Origin: a virus
Length of the DNA stretch: 64,000 bases
Virus record (IMG/VR): IMGVR_UViG_3300034107_000725
Location: 129,991-193,990 of that record
Strand: one strand, 5' to 3'
Shown here: positions 32,928 through 42,018 of the stretch, in pieces
Position numbering within the stretch: the first letter of the stretch is position 1
Layout of the letters: each line of letters opens with the position of its first letter
Position numbers and translations under genes: made by a program
The notes under the pieces: model-generated
The model's input: only the letters and a program-made list of their open reading frames with translations
Databases searched by the model: none
Told to the model about the DNA's origin: nothing

Positions 32928-33113
32928 ATGCGTACGATTTTGATTGCTCTGTTGGTTTTTGGTTGCGTTGGTTGTAAGCACACAAACAAACGCAACCAGC
33001 AGGCGGTGTATGTGCCAGTGGTCAAGGAGGAAAAGGTGGATGAGAAGGAGCGTACGCGTTCAATCTCAATCCAAATTATGCCTATCAACAACTTGACCAT
33101 AAAGGCCATATAA
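32928..33113 (+). CDS. Small predicted lipoprotein
   Basis: MRTILIALLVFG-C / CVG-C lipobox-like signal; GAAGGA RBS. Confidence 0.55.
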   Translation: MRTILIALLVFGCVGCKHTNKRNQQAVYVPVVKEEKVDEKERTRSISIQIMPINNLTIKAI

Positions 33114-33197
33114 ATCGGGCTCCGGCAACGTCGTCGCGGCCCAGTCAGTATTCCGGTAGCGGCATTGTGCCACTATCACAACTTGGAGGGATCCCCC

Positions 33198-33455
33198 ATG
33201 TCTTGGAATCAAGCTGCGTTTACCACTGACCACGAAGCCCGCCGAGCAATTCGGCAGTGGACTGAGAAGAGTCAACAGTTAAAACAAGAACTGAAAACAC
33301 TTAAAGATAGTTTTCAGCCTGAGCCCCTCCGTCCCGAGCTTGTCGGGATGGATGCGGCCACCGACGAATACAGTCCAGAAGAGCTTATCGCTCTGTACAC
33401 CTGTCGCCGTCCGCCCCGTGTGGTGGACTGGGACACCGTTGATCAATACAGATAA
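33198..33455 (+). CDS. Hypothetical protein
   Basis: GGAGG RBS upstream of ATG 33198; short coiled coil. Confidence 0.55.
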   Translation: MSWNQAAFTTDHEARRAIRQWTEKSQQLKQELKTLKDSFQPEPLRPELVGMDAATDEYSPEELIALYTCRRPPRVVDWDTVDQYR

Positions 33456-33480
33456 GTCACACATTCAAGGATAGAATTCC

Positions 33481-33678
33481 ATGCTAGCAATTACACGCAA
33501 GTGCCAAGAAAAAGTTACGCTCACACTTCCAAACGGTGAGACAATCGTGGTTATGCTGATTGAAGTACACCGCGGTAACGTACGATTGGGGATTGATGCC
33601 CCTCGTAATGTTGTCATTTCCCGCAACTCGTTGCTGGAAAACAGATCCCGGGATATGGGATCTTATCAGGCTCGTTAA
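33481..33678 (+). CDS. csrA: Carbon storage regulator CsrA/RsmA homolog
   Basis: MLAITRK..EKV...IVVMLIEVHRGNVRLGIDAPRNVVISRN matches the CsrA consensus, including VRLGIDAP and the RNA-binding Arg (R44 equivalent). Confidence 0.88.
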   Translation: MLAITRKCQEKVTLTLPNGETIVVMLIEVHRGNVRLGIDAPRNVVISRNSLLENRSRDMGSYQAR

Positions 33679-33683
33679 CGAGC

Positions 33684-33747
33684 CGGTCACATTATGTGGC
33701 TAGTTACTATGTCTAATTGACAAAGTAACTACCGCATAATGTGACTG
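33684..33747. other. Long intergenic hairpin after csrA
   Basis: GTCACATTATG/CATAATGTGAC, TAGTTACT/AGTAACTA and TGTC/GACA nested stems around a TAATT loop. Confidence 0.75.
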
Positions 33748-33825
33748 TATTCTCTTTGCTTAGTCCTTGGTACAATACGCTTCTCTTTAGCTATTGAAGA
33801 ATAACTCCCAGCAGAAGGACAACAA

Positions 33826-34155
33826 ATGGCTGTTGCATCGTTGAAAGTCGAGTTGTACGGAGACGGTAGTCGGGGCAGTGTACTGATCGAAAGCGATCTG
33901 CCTCAGTTCAGCTTTCAAATCGAAGAGCTGACTTCCGCCAAAGCCCGTGAGTTCGTACTGGCTTCTACGGTAAAAGCCGGAATTAAAGGTTTGCCCGGGA
34001 TCAGTCGAATGATTGATTCTCCATACCCAGTCAATTCCAAAGGCGAGACCATCGAAAACCTGAAAGACGAAGCCGGTAATCCGATACCTCCGCAAAGTCC
34101 TCGAGCACAACCGGTAGCTTACCGAGCCTGCTACGAGGTGACAGCGAGGCAGTGA
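33826..34155 (+). CDS. Hypothetical protein
   Basis: GAAGGA RBS; 109 aa. Confidence 0.6.
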   Translation: MAVASLKVELYGDGSRGSVLIESDLPQFSFQIEELTSAKAREFVLASTVKAGIKGLPGISRMIDSPYPVNSKGETIENLKDEAGNPIPPQSPRAQPVAYRACYEVTARQ

Positions 34156-34574
34156 TGTCATCAGGCTTAATCCTGTTGGATGAGCCAGCTACCAAGCGAT
34201 TGATCAAGGCGATCGAAACCGATCTCGATCTCTTGATCCATCTCGGTGACTGGTTGCTGCATCTGAATATGTTCTCGGATGCTCAGATTTATGATATTCT
34301 GAGATTTGCTCGTTCGGAGATTGAATTGTTTGCTGGAATGGCAAATAAAGGGTTCATACCTGAGATGACACTCTGTGTGAGCGACTCTCGCTGGGTATCC
34401 ATATACAAAAAACCCAGATTTCTGGACACTCAGATTTCCGAAGAAGTTGAAGAGTTACCGCAACCAGCAGTCACTCATATCTTCTGCAATCTATCGGCCC
34501 TTTGGGACCGAATGAAGTTACGTCAAAACCGAGGACGGCCAATTGACACGGGCGGTGTCGTTGAACCTGCCTAG
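34152..34574 (+). CDS. Hypothetical protein
   Basis: Stop/start overlap with the upstream ORF; 140 aa. Confidence 0.55.
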   Translation: MMSSGLILLDEPATKRLIKAIETDLDLLIHLGDWLLHLNMFSDAQIYDILRFARSEIELFAGMANKGFIPEMTLCVSDSRWVSIYKKPRFLDTQISEEVEELPQPAVTHIFCNLSALWDRMKLRQNRGRPIDTGGVVEPA

Positions 34575-34592
34575 CGTTTCACGGAGAGATCC

Positions 34593-35372
34593 ATGCAAAC
34601 TGAACAAGCGGCAAAGCAGCTGCTCCAGTTGTATATAAAGCAGGCCAGCTCGGGGCAGCTCTCGCACGCTATTGCCCCAAAGGCAATTCAGCGAACGCTG
34701 CTGCTTACAGATGAGGCCTATGCTACGCCTTTGCTGTTACTGGTCTTGGACCGGTATGGCATGGAAGCCCTGCAATGGGCACCCGAAACAATACGAATGG
34801 AGCTGGAGCAAGACTTCCAGCTCAGATTGTCAAAGACTACGCTCGACAAGATCATGGCAGCAATTACCGTGGTTACTACGAATTACTTCTACAAAGACGT
34901 AACTCGATTTATTGAGCTGTGTAACATCTTGTCTGGAGATGATTTTCAACCAGATGAGTTTGAACCGGCAGATGCTGAAGAGATGCTTATTGCCATCACG
35001 GAAGCCATGCTACTCTGGCCGCCAAACGACGATCCAGAAGACACTGAGTTCTCTCTTGAGATTCGGGAATACATCAGTCAAATACTTGGGGAGCAAGGTA
35101 TCCTCAAACCGTTTGACGTGCTTCGCCTGGCTTTCAGCGGAGACCAGTCGTCTCGTGTAGATGTTGAGTACGCGGATGATCCAGAGATGTACTCTGCGAT
35201 CTACGCGAATCAACAAAGTAAAACAGATGAATTGCGTGAGATTTATCTGGAAAATGTTGCTGCATTGGAGCAGCAACTGAATCTGCTCCCGCTGGAGCAC
35301 GGTTCAACTGCCGCTGCTGTTCAACAGTTGCAGAGTCTACTTCACCGTACGGGTATCACCCCGTCCTCTTGA
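34593..35372 (+). CDS. Hypothetical helical, acidic protein
   Basis: 259-aa ORF with GGAG RBS; no recognisable family. Confidence 0.65.
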   Translation: MQTEQAAKQLLQLYIKQASSGQLSHAIAPKAIQRTLLLTDEAYATPLLLLVLDRYGMEALQWAPETIRMELEQDFQLRLSKTTLDKIMAAITVVTTNYFYKDVTRFIELCNILSGDDFQPDEFEPADAEEMLIAITEAMLLWPPNDDPEDTEFSLEIREYISQILGEQGILKPFDVLRLAFSGDQSSRVDVEYADDPEMYSAIYANQQSKTDELREIYLENVAALEQQLNLLPLEHGSTAAAVQQLQSLLHRTGITPSS

Positions 35373-35383
35373 AAGTCCCTACC

Positions 35384-35818
35384 ATGCGTAATCTAATCCT
35401 CGCTGCCTTTGCTTTCGCCAGCCTCTGTAGTGGCGTTACATTCAGCAAAGTTGTAGCCGAAGAACAGACTGCTTCCACTGTCCTGTGGGTCAGCCCGGCT
35501 TGTATCGAAGGTACTTGCTTCTGCCTGTTCCACAATCGTGGCGGTGTCCACAAACCTTTGTCTGTTATCTCAGGCGGGCAATCCACGATTGTCATTTCTA
35601 CACTGCCCAAAACCAAAGTGCAGTTTGTAGAAGTTCCTGTGCTTAAGCCGCTGGCTCCAGCTCCCTTGGTGTTCACAGAAGTGCAACCACTCGGCAAGTC
35701 AGAGTGCACCTGCCAGTCGCCTCAGTACGTGGTCGAGCATACTCACAAGCGTGGGTTGTTTGGTCCCAAGTCCGTGACTAAGGTCTTCGGCGTCAACGGA
35801 TGCACATGCGGTAAGTAA
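35384..35818 (+). CDS. Predicted secreted Cys-containing protein
   Basis: Signal-peptide-like MRNLILAAFAFASLCSG...VVA; several Cys pairs (CIEGTCFC, CTC, GCTCGK). Confidence 0.55.
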   Translation: MRNLILAAFAFASLCSGVTFSKVVAEEQTASTVLWVSPACIEGTCFCLFHNRGGVHKPLSVISGGQSTIVISTLPKTKVQFVEVPVLKPLAPAPLVFTEVQPLGKSECTCQSPQYVVEHTHKRGLFGPKSVTKVFGVNGCTCGK

Positions 35819-35844
35819 GGCTATAACGTCTTCTGTATTTCTTG

Positions 35845-35875
35845 AAAGACCGACACGCAAGTGCCGGTCTTTTTT
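35845..35875 (+). terminator. Rho-independent terminator
   Basis: AAAGACCG-A-CAC-GCAA-GTG-C-CGGTCTTT with GNRA tetraloop and T run. Confidence 0.8.
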
Positions 35876-35894
35876 CGTTCTCGAAAGGAACAAA

Positions 35895-36596
35895 ATGTCT
35901 CACTTAGAATCCGGATTTTGCGTGACTGACGTCGAGGCTCTGGCTCAGATTGTCAAAGAGAATTGTCCTACCCTTGAGCTCGTTAAGCGATCTACTTATC
36001 GGACCTGGGCTACAGATCACGGTACGCTAGCTGGCGACTACCCGTTGCCCGCAGTCTATCAGCTGAAGATGCTGGGGTGGATGGTCACTCAGAATCATAA
36101 GGTGTTTGACTTGGCCCAAGAAGCCGGTGTGTTTCTTCCTAAAGATTTAAGGAAGTTGGAAACAGAACCCTGGACTCTTGATATGCAGCACAGGCTCTTG
36201 AAGGTTCCCGAGTTCAACCAAGCCTACCAGCATATTTGCAGTAAGGTAATTGGTAACGACGCAGAGTTCGTTATCAAACCCAAAGACGATCAGCCCGAGA
36301 TAGGTTACGCCTATCAGATCGGAGTTGTGCCACACCCGTGGCGTGCGGGTGAGTATCAACTGATGTGTGATTTCTACTCTCAAGGCAAGGGACTGTTACT
36401 AGCCAAAGGCGTAGGGCAACACAAGGCGGTAGGAGAGACCAACAGCTGGGGTGGTGAACTCAAGCAGGCTTACGCTGTGCGAGCTGCTGAGCGAGCTATC
36501 GTAACTCAGATGCGGGCCGGTAACCCTGAGTATGGCGGATACAACAAAGTCGTCTTACCCGACGGTCGCATCAAGTTAGAAGTTTTTCCTCGCTGA
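35895..36596 (+). CDS. DUF1257 / Ycf35-like protein with a large insertion
   Basis: MSHLESG...VTDVEAL, YQIGVV...GEYQLMCDFY, GELKQAYA..AA, C-terminal VLPDGRIKLEV; adjacent to DUF2997-like and AAA genes. Confidence 0.7.
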   Translation: MSHLESGFCVTDVEALAQIVKENCPTLELVKRSTYRTWATDHGTLAGDYPLPAVYQLKMLGWMVTQNHKVFDLAQEAGVFLPKDLRKLETEPWTLDMQHRLLKVPEFNQAYQHICSKVIGNDAEFVIKPKDDQPEIGYAYQIGVVPHPWRAGEYQLMCDFYSQGKGLLLAKGVGQHKAVGETNSWGGELKQAYAVRAAERAIVTQMRAGNPEYGGYNKVVLPDGRIKLEVFPR

Positions 36597-36623
36597 CATT
36601 TCGTATCCAGATAAGGACCAGTC

Positions 36624-36824
36624 ATGAGCCAGAAAAAGATCGTTGTCACTGTAGATCTATCCGGTGAAGTCCAGGTAGAAGCTATCGGCCACCGCGGTGG
36701 CACTTGTGTTAAAGCCACAGCTCCACTTACCAAAACCCTGGTAGGTGGAACTCCGACGTCCAGCGTCAAAAAACCTGAATTCTTTCAGGGAGATATTGCT
36801 CCCAGAGTTCAACAGTCAGAGTAA
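36624..36824 (+). CDS. DUF2997-like protein
   Basis: KIVVTVDLSGEVQVEAIGHRGGTCVKATAPL...KKPEFFQ pattern. Confidence 0.75.
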   Translation: MSQKKIVVTVDLSGEVQVEAIGHRGGTCVKATAPLTKTLVGGTPTSSVKKPEFFQGDIAPRVQQSE

Positions 36825-36859
36825 CCTGTTCCAGTTTCCCACTTAACGAAGGAAGACAC

Positions 36860-38713
36860 ATGAGCGTCATTGAAAAGCTGTCCGGCTATTTTGCAGCAGG
36901 TCAGGCGGGCTTGATCCTCACCAGCGTCGAGCCTGAAGAATGCCTACGCGAGCTTGCTGAATTTTCCCGAGACTCACAGCAAACAGACTTCCCTATGGAG
37001 GTCATGTTCTGGGATGCAGCTGACGGATTAACCGACATCTATGGAGCGGCGGTATCAGATTCTGAGGCATCCAACGATGCTCTGGGTCTAGGGTTTGCTC
37101 CTAAAAAATCTCAGATTGGACTGCACGACACCTTCAATCTGGTGTTGGCTACGTGCCGTGACCGCAGGTTCCGCGAGGAATCAGAAACACCGGGGGCTGA
37201 TGACGACAAGATGCGAATCCTGTGCGTTCGTAACTTTGATCGGCATCTTTATCCCGCTGGAGTACAAGGCCCTGTGGATGGTGTTCTCCTGATGCAGGCA
37301 CAGAAGATCATCAACGAGGGTCAAACTGCTAAGGTATACTTAATACTTCAAACGACCCCAGAATTTGAATTGCCTACTGAGCTCACAGTGCACTGTGAGT
37401 ATGTAAACCACGACTTGCCAAACAGTGATGAGCGTACCACGCTTATCGTGGACATTGGTGTAGACGAGGCAGCAGTCACACCGCAAGTGCTCAACGCAAC
37501 TGCGGGGTTGTCTCGAGCCAAGACTGCTCAGTACACCGCGGAAGCTATCTCTGCTTATGGCTATCTAAACCCGGTGGCTATTTTCCAGAAGAAGGCCAGT
37601 CACCTGGCTCGAAGTAGCAAACTCGATGTCTGGTCTCCTGAGTTTGTTTCCCAGGTCAAGCTCTGGCCTGTGCCAACACTGGAGCAACTACGAGACGCCA
37701 GTGACGTCACGATGTTGCAGGAAGAAACTCATGTCAACAACAAGCAACTGGGTCCGGATGAGGTACGGGTGAGAATCCGATACGTGCAGCCTGGCCTAAA
37801 CAAGAAGCTGGAAAAATGGCTTGACCCCATGCCAAAAGACCAGTTTGAAAAGGAGTATCGCCCTGAACGCGACTTCTATTCACTCAAGTCAGTCGTCGGA
37901 CTTTCCGGTCTTAAGGAATTTCTTCGTAAGGGTTTTCGTCCGGATGTTCCGGACCGTGCTCGTATGAAGCATGTTCTGATGCTTGGCATGCCAGGTACTG
38001 GAAAGTCATTCACCATGCAGTGCTGCTCTGGTGAGTTCAACACACCACTCAGTTCCATGCAAGCCAGTAATCTGTATTCAAAATGGTTGGGTGACACCGA
38101 CAAGATCCTGGCTCGTATGCTCCAGACGGTTGAGGCTATCGGTGGCATCCTTGCGATTGATGAGTTTCAACGCTTCCTGCCCCAGGGTGGGAGCGGCGGT
38201 GAGAGTGGTGGTGTCGAGAGCCGACTGCTTGGTACGTTGCTGACCTGGTTTAACAATCAGCAAAGCAACCTGGTGCTGTCTGCCGCAAACAACATCAGCA
38301 ATCTACCTGACGAGATCACGCGATCTGGTCGTGTCGATGCTCTGATGTTCGTTGGCTTCCCCAGTCGTGCGTCTAAGGACGCAGCCTGGCAGATGTACCT
38401 GAAGCGGCATGAGCTGGAAAAGCAAGAGCTACCTAAGGACGAACACTGGGTGCCAGCGGACATCATGTCCTGCTGCCGCTTGGCTGAACTTCAGCAAGTC
38501 TCGATCCAGCACGCCAGTCGTTGGATTACACCGTCGTATGAGAAGAGTCAGAAGCAAATGGATGACTTGATGCAGTGGGCAGAGTCCGCTGGCTGCATCT
38601 GTGCGGAAACCGGCGAACGGTTCCAGCACCCCCGCAATCAACAATCAGCTCCCGTGGCAGCTAAAGTCACTCGTAAGATCCGAACACGTTCAGAATCAGG
38701 AGATATAGTATGA
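36860..38713 (+). CDS. AAA+ ATPase, Ycf46-like
   Basis: Walker A GMPGTGKS, pore loop YSKWLGDTD, Walker B ILAIDE, sensor/Arg finger AANN...ITRSGRVD; Ycf46-type N-domain (SVEPEECL...FWDAADG). Confidence 0.88.
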   Translation: MSVIEKLSGYFAAGQAGLILTSVEPEECLRELAEFSRDSQQTDFPMEVMFWDAADGLTDIYGAAVSDSEASNDALGLGFAPKKSQIGLHDTFNLVLATCRDRRFREESETPGADDDKMRILCVRNFDRHLYPAGVQGPVDGVLLMQAQKIINEGQTAKVYLILQTTPEFELPTELTVHCEYVNHDLPNSDERTTLIVDIGVDEAAVTPQVLNATAGLSRAKTAQYTAEAISAYGYLNPVAIFQKKASHLARSSKLDVWSPEFVSQVKLWPVPTLEQLRDASDVTMLQEETHVNNKQLGPDEVRVRIRYVQPGLNKKLEKWLDPMPKDQFEKEYRPERDFYSLKSVVGLSGLKEFLRKGFRPDVPDRARMKHVLMLGMPGTGKSFTMQCCSGEFNTPLSSMQASNLYSKWLGDTDKILARMLQTVEAIGGILAIDEFQRFLPQGGSGGESGGVESRLLGTLLTWFNNQQSNLVLSAANNISNLPDEITRSGRVDALMFVGFPSRASKDAAWQMYLKRHELEKQELPKDEHWVPADIMSCCRLAELQQVSIQHASRWITPSYEKSQKQMDDLMQWAESAGCICAETGERFQHPRNQQSAPVAAKVTRKIRTRSESGDIV

Positions 38714-39252
38714 GAATTGAAATCAAAACCGCCGCCGCTGCTTGGCACCTGAATAGGCTACGCAACGAACTGACAGACCTGTGGGACACTCTGCGAACGG
38801 AGCTGCAAATCAGTATCCTCGACTCAGATGCGGTCAGCCAGTTGATTGGCGATACCAACGCCATTGCCTGGAAGATCGACGTGTTTGAAACCGACGTGAT
38901 GGTTTTGCTTGTGGAGGAAGCTGGGGTTAAGTACCGGTTCCAATTCCAAGCCTCAGGCGAGCAGGACGAGGAAAAGATGATGTATGGCGATAAGATCAAA
39001 GGGGAAGGGACTGTGATCGTGTACAACAACAGGCTGGTGATGTTAAACCTGACGGCGACATTGGTGGAACCTCCAGATGAGCGTGACGGCGAAGAGGAAG
39101 CCATCAACAATTGTGAGCCTGAAGACGATCACGAGCCTGAAGACGGACCAGACGAAGACGAATATGAGCGTGACGGCGAAGAGGAAGCCATCAACAATTG
39201 TGAGCCTGAAGACGATCACGAGCCTGAAGACGGACCAGACGAAGATGAGTAA
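38710..39252 (+). CDS. Hypothetical protein with duplicated acidic C-terminal tail
   Basis: ATGA-coupled to the ATPase; tail ERDGEEEAINNCEPEDDHEPEDGPDEDE present twice. Confidence 0.65.
   Translation: MRIEIKTAAAAWHLNRLRNELTDLWDTLRTELQISILDSDAVSQLIGDTNAIAWKIDVFETDVMVLLVEEAGVKYRFQFQASGEQDEEKMMYGDKIKGEGTVIVYNNRLVMLNLTATLVEPPDERDGEEEAINNCEPEDDHEPEDGPDEDEYERDGEEEAINNCEPEDDHEPEDGPDEDE
39077..39245. repeat. Tandem duplication, 82-nt identical copies, period 87 nt
   Basis: 39077-39158 is identical to 39164-39245. Confidence 0.95.
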
Positions 39253-39469
39253 AGCGAAACAGCCGCCGCTCAACCCTCGTCGTGTTTTGAAAACCGCAGC
39301 AGCAGCCGTCAAATGGCATCGACTCAATTGTCCTTGTGACGAGTGGAACGATTACATCGACATCGAGCTGACGTTGGAAGCTCTGGCCGGAAAGGTCAGA
39401 GCTTATGAGCTGAAAAGTCAACCCAAGAAGGAACCAACAGATGATCACTGCAGCACAAGGACAACTTGA
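39245..39469 (+). CDS. Hypothetical protein
   Basis: ATG 39245 overlaps the upstream stop; MSKAKQPPLNPRRVLKTAAAAVKWH. Confidence 0.5.
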   Translation: MSKAKQPPLNPRRVLKTAAAAVKWHRLNCPCDEWNDYIDIELTLEALAGKVRAYELKSQPKKEPTDDHCSTRTT

Positions 39470-40760
39470 ATTGTTTAACGAAACCACACCAGACTATGGA
39501 ACTGTGGACGCTCCGAAAGTTACCTACTGTACGGTGAAGTTCACTGTCGGCTGGTTACCAGGAGCTCTAGGCTTTACCGAGCAGGCCAAGATGGCACTGG
39601 CAGATACGCTTGGCGTCGATAAGAAAATCATCCGAGGATCTTATGCAATTCTCGGAGCCGGTCGTGATCCATTGATTCAGGAAGGAGCAGCTCTCAAGCG
39701 ACTGCTTCTTTCGGTACGCGATGCGTTCACAATCCCTGAGTATACACTGCTGTCTTCTGCTGCCGACGATAACAACCTGAAACCAGATAAGGTCAAAGGT
39801 AGTTATCTGATCGAGGCCTGTAAGGTGGAGGAGTTCTTGACGCGGTTTAACCAGATCCGCGAACAGTATCTCCAGTGGGGTAAGCGTGTCGCCGATCCGG
39901 ATAACTATTTCCGAATCCGTGAAGCCGATCGGCTTGGGCTGGCTCAGGACTGGCACGTGGTCGCCAGTAAGTATCCAACTGCGGAAGCGTTGGCAGACAG
40001 CGTTACCTGTGACATCCCACGTATCGAGCCTTTTGATGCCAGCTTTACGCTGTCGGATGTGGCTCCAGCTACAGCCAAGATGCTGCGAGAGCAAGCTGAG
40101 GCTCGGTTGGCTGCTTCAATTGGTGGTGCTACGGATGAGCTTGTCCTCGAGTTCAAGTCCATGGTGGAAGCCGTGGCCAGGAATTGTGGCAAGCGTATTC
40201 GACTGATGCCACCCGAAGATCACGCTCGTGCTGATTTGCGGAATGCCGAGGTTCAGCAAATCCAGGTGCCTTCTGCCAACGAAGACATCCCCGTCGACAA
40301 GTTCCTGATCACCGTGCAGCGTTACCGCACTGCCGCTAACGATAAGCTGGTGCAGCACGGAAAGTCAGAAGATATCCTACTGCTAAAATCAGAGTACATG
40401 GAACTGCGACCGTATGAGACTGACGAGTATCGTTCGCTCATGCAAAGCTCGTTCGAGAATCTGATGTGGCTGGCAGAGAAGATCAACTCTGTAAAGTCCA
40501 TGCTGGGCAGTAGCGAAACCGCGGACAGCCTGACAAATCTGGCTACGCAGGTTTCCAATACTCTAAGTAATCTTGGTGGTTCTGCTTCTGAGATTACGAA
40601 ACAACTGCGGAATTCAAATTACGCTCGAACTATGGCTCGGGCGTCGTTTGATGATCTCCTGCATAAGATCACAACGCAGGAAATGGAAGTCCGATTGAAG
40701 TCTAAAACGCCACGGCGAAAGATCCGTTTTGCTGGAGCCGTGAGCGAAGAACAAGCGTAA
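39441..40760 (+). CDS. DUF3150-like helical protein
   Basis: 439 aa: N-terminal beta strand (YCTVKFTVGW), then a long helical region with YPTAEALAD. Co-located with an AAA ATPase as DUF3150 genes often are. Confidence 0.45.
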   Translation: MITAAQGQLELFNETTPDYGTVDAPKVTYCTVKFTVGWLPGALGFTEQAKMALADTLGVDKKIIRGSYAILGAGRDPLIQEGAALKRLLLSVRDAFTIPEYTLLSSAADDNNLKPDKVKGSYLIEACKVEEFLTRFNQIREQYLQWGKRVADPDNYFRIREADRLGLAQDWHVVASKYPTAEALADSVTCDIPRIEPFDASFTLSDVAPATAKMLREQAEARLAASIGGATDELVLEFKSMVEAVARNCGKRIRLMPPEDHARADLRNAEVQQIQVPSANEDIPVDKFLITVQRYRTAANDKLVQHGKSEDILLLKSEYMELRPYETDEYRSLMQSSFENLMWLAEKINSVKSMLGSSETADSLTNLATQVSNTLSNLGGSASEITKQLRNSNYARTMARASFDDLLHKITTQEMEVRLKSKTPRRKIRFAGAVSEEQA

Positions 40761-40773
40761 TACGGAGTTCACA

Positions 40774-41103
40774 ATGCCAACTATCTTCATCGACGAAGAT
40801 GGTTTGACTGAGGGCATCGCCAGTTCGTTGACTCAACTTTTGAGGATGAGTAAACGACGGCGAGCCAGTCACATCGAACCAGTTAATCCAACCCTTCGTC
40901 GAATCTTTCACTTCATCCGCCACCGTGTGTCGGATGAATCTCGGCTTGCCTGCTGGACCCGCAGTTGGCGGTGTCAGTGGCAAGCTCGTATTGTGGGTGG
41001 TCCTGTGTTAGGACCATTCCATCGGCGGCACAACGCAGTTGCCGCTGAAGTTTTCTGGATCAATGCCTGGCTCGAAAAAGAAAGAAAGAATCAAAATGTC
41101 TAA
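40774..41103 (+). CDS. Hypothetical basic protein
   Basis: GGAG RBS; Arg/Trp-rich. Confidence 0.55.
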   Translation: MPTIFIDEDGLTEGIASSLTQLLRMSKRRRASHIEPVNPTLRRIFHFIRHRVSDESRLACWTRSWRCQWQARIVGGPVLGPFHRRHNAVAAEVFWINAWLEKERKNQNV

Positions 41104-41599
41104 GTCTCTCACAATCGTAGAAGCTACTGGACTCGCTAAGTTAGCTGAAAAAGAGCTCAAGCGGCTCAAAGAAGACGGTGCTAACCTGGACCCCGGCAGC
41201 TACAAGTTTGACTTCACTGTCACCGTAGACGGTGGGTTGGGTCGTGGTGACGACACTAAGGTCACACCATCCTTCAGCCTGGACAAGTTTCTGAAACCGA
41301 TGCTGCTTCGGTATATCAGTAAGCTCAGCAAAAAAGAACAGACCGAATGGATGCAAAATCTGATGTCCAGTAAGGGGGCTTTAGGTGCTGTCATCGAATT
41401 AGGTGCAGACAAAGTGCTACGCTCTGTCGATCCCGGCTTAACTTCTTTGTGGGATAAGGCCGAGGCAGAAGCCAAGACAAAATTTCAATCAGTTACTCCA
41501 AAGACTGATCGTACGGGTAACACCACCGTATTCGGTGTTTTAGAGAAGCAGTCGGCTACGTCTGTAGTCTCTGCCAAAAAGAAACCAGGGCTAAAGTAA
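41096..41599 (+). CDS. Hypothetical protein
   Basis: ATG 41096 after an AGAAAG-rich RBS; Lys-rich C-terminus. Confidence 0.6.
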   Translation: MSKSLTIVEATGLAKLAEKELKRLKEDGANLDPGSYKFDFTVTVDGGLGRGDDTKVTPSFSLDKFLKPMLLRYISKLSKKEQTEWMQNLMSSKGALGAVIELGADKVLRSVDPGLTSLWDKAEAEAKTKFQSVTPKTDRTGNTTVFGVLEKQSATSVVSAKKKPGLK

Positions 41600-41603
41600 T
41601 TCC

Positions 41604-41867
41604 ATGTTACCAGCCGATGTGGCTCGCTGCACCGGAACGGATTGTCCGTTCCGGGAGCACTGTCAACGCTTCACCTGTCCGCCTGTACCGAACCATCCAC
41701 GTCAAGTGATGATGGCTCCACCAGAGGGCGTTTCCTCTGGTGAAAAATGCGACTACTTTTTCAGTGGGACTAACTATGGTACGTCCTGTTACATGCCCAG
41801 AAGAGATACTGAGCCGTCTGACCCGGCGATACAAGCAAACAAAGATGATGCAGCTGGCTGTTTATGA
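41604..41867 (+). CDS. Small Cys-rich (zinc-binding-like) phage protein
   Basis: DVARCTGTDCPFREHCQRF...CDYF pattern. Confidence 0.55.
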   Translation: MLPADVARCTGTDCPFREHCQRFTCPPVPNHPRQVMMAPPEGVSSGEKCDYFFSGTNYGTSCYMPRRDTEPSDPAIQANKDDAAGCL

Positions 41868-42000
41868 CAGCATGTATGAATCCAGGGATGACCCGGCTAG
41901 CTACCGGGTGCTTTCTCGAGATGAATACAGTATTTTACAACGCTGTACCGGGTACGATCCTACGCGATACGAGGTTGTTGCCTCGTCAGGCGTACAGTAA
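41776..42000 (+). CDS. Hypothetical protein
   Basis: 74-aa ORF overlapping the previous ORF by ~90 nt. Confidence 0.4.
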   Translation: MVRPVTCPEEILSRLTRRYKQTKMMQLAVYDSMYESRDDPASYRVLSRDEYSILQRCTGYDPTRYEVVASSGVQ

Positions 42001-42018
42001 ACAAGAAAGTGACTGAGT

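Noticed and set aside
39077-39244. Extended 130-aa ORF 39077..39469 in the ORF track
   Set aside because: The N-terminal part is the alternative frame of the acidic duplication; the likely start is ATG 39245.
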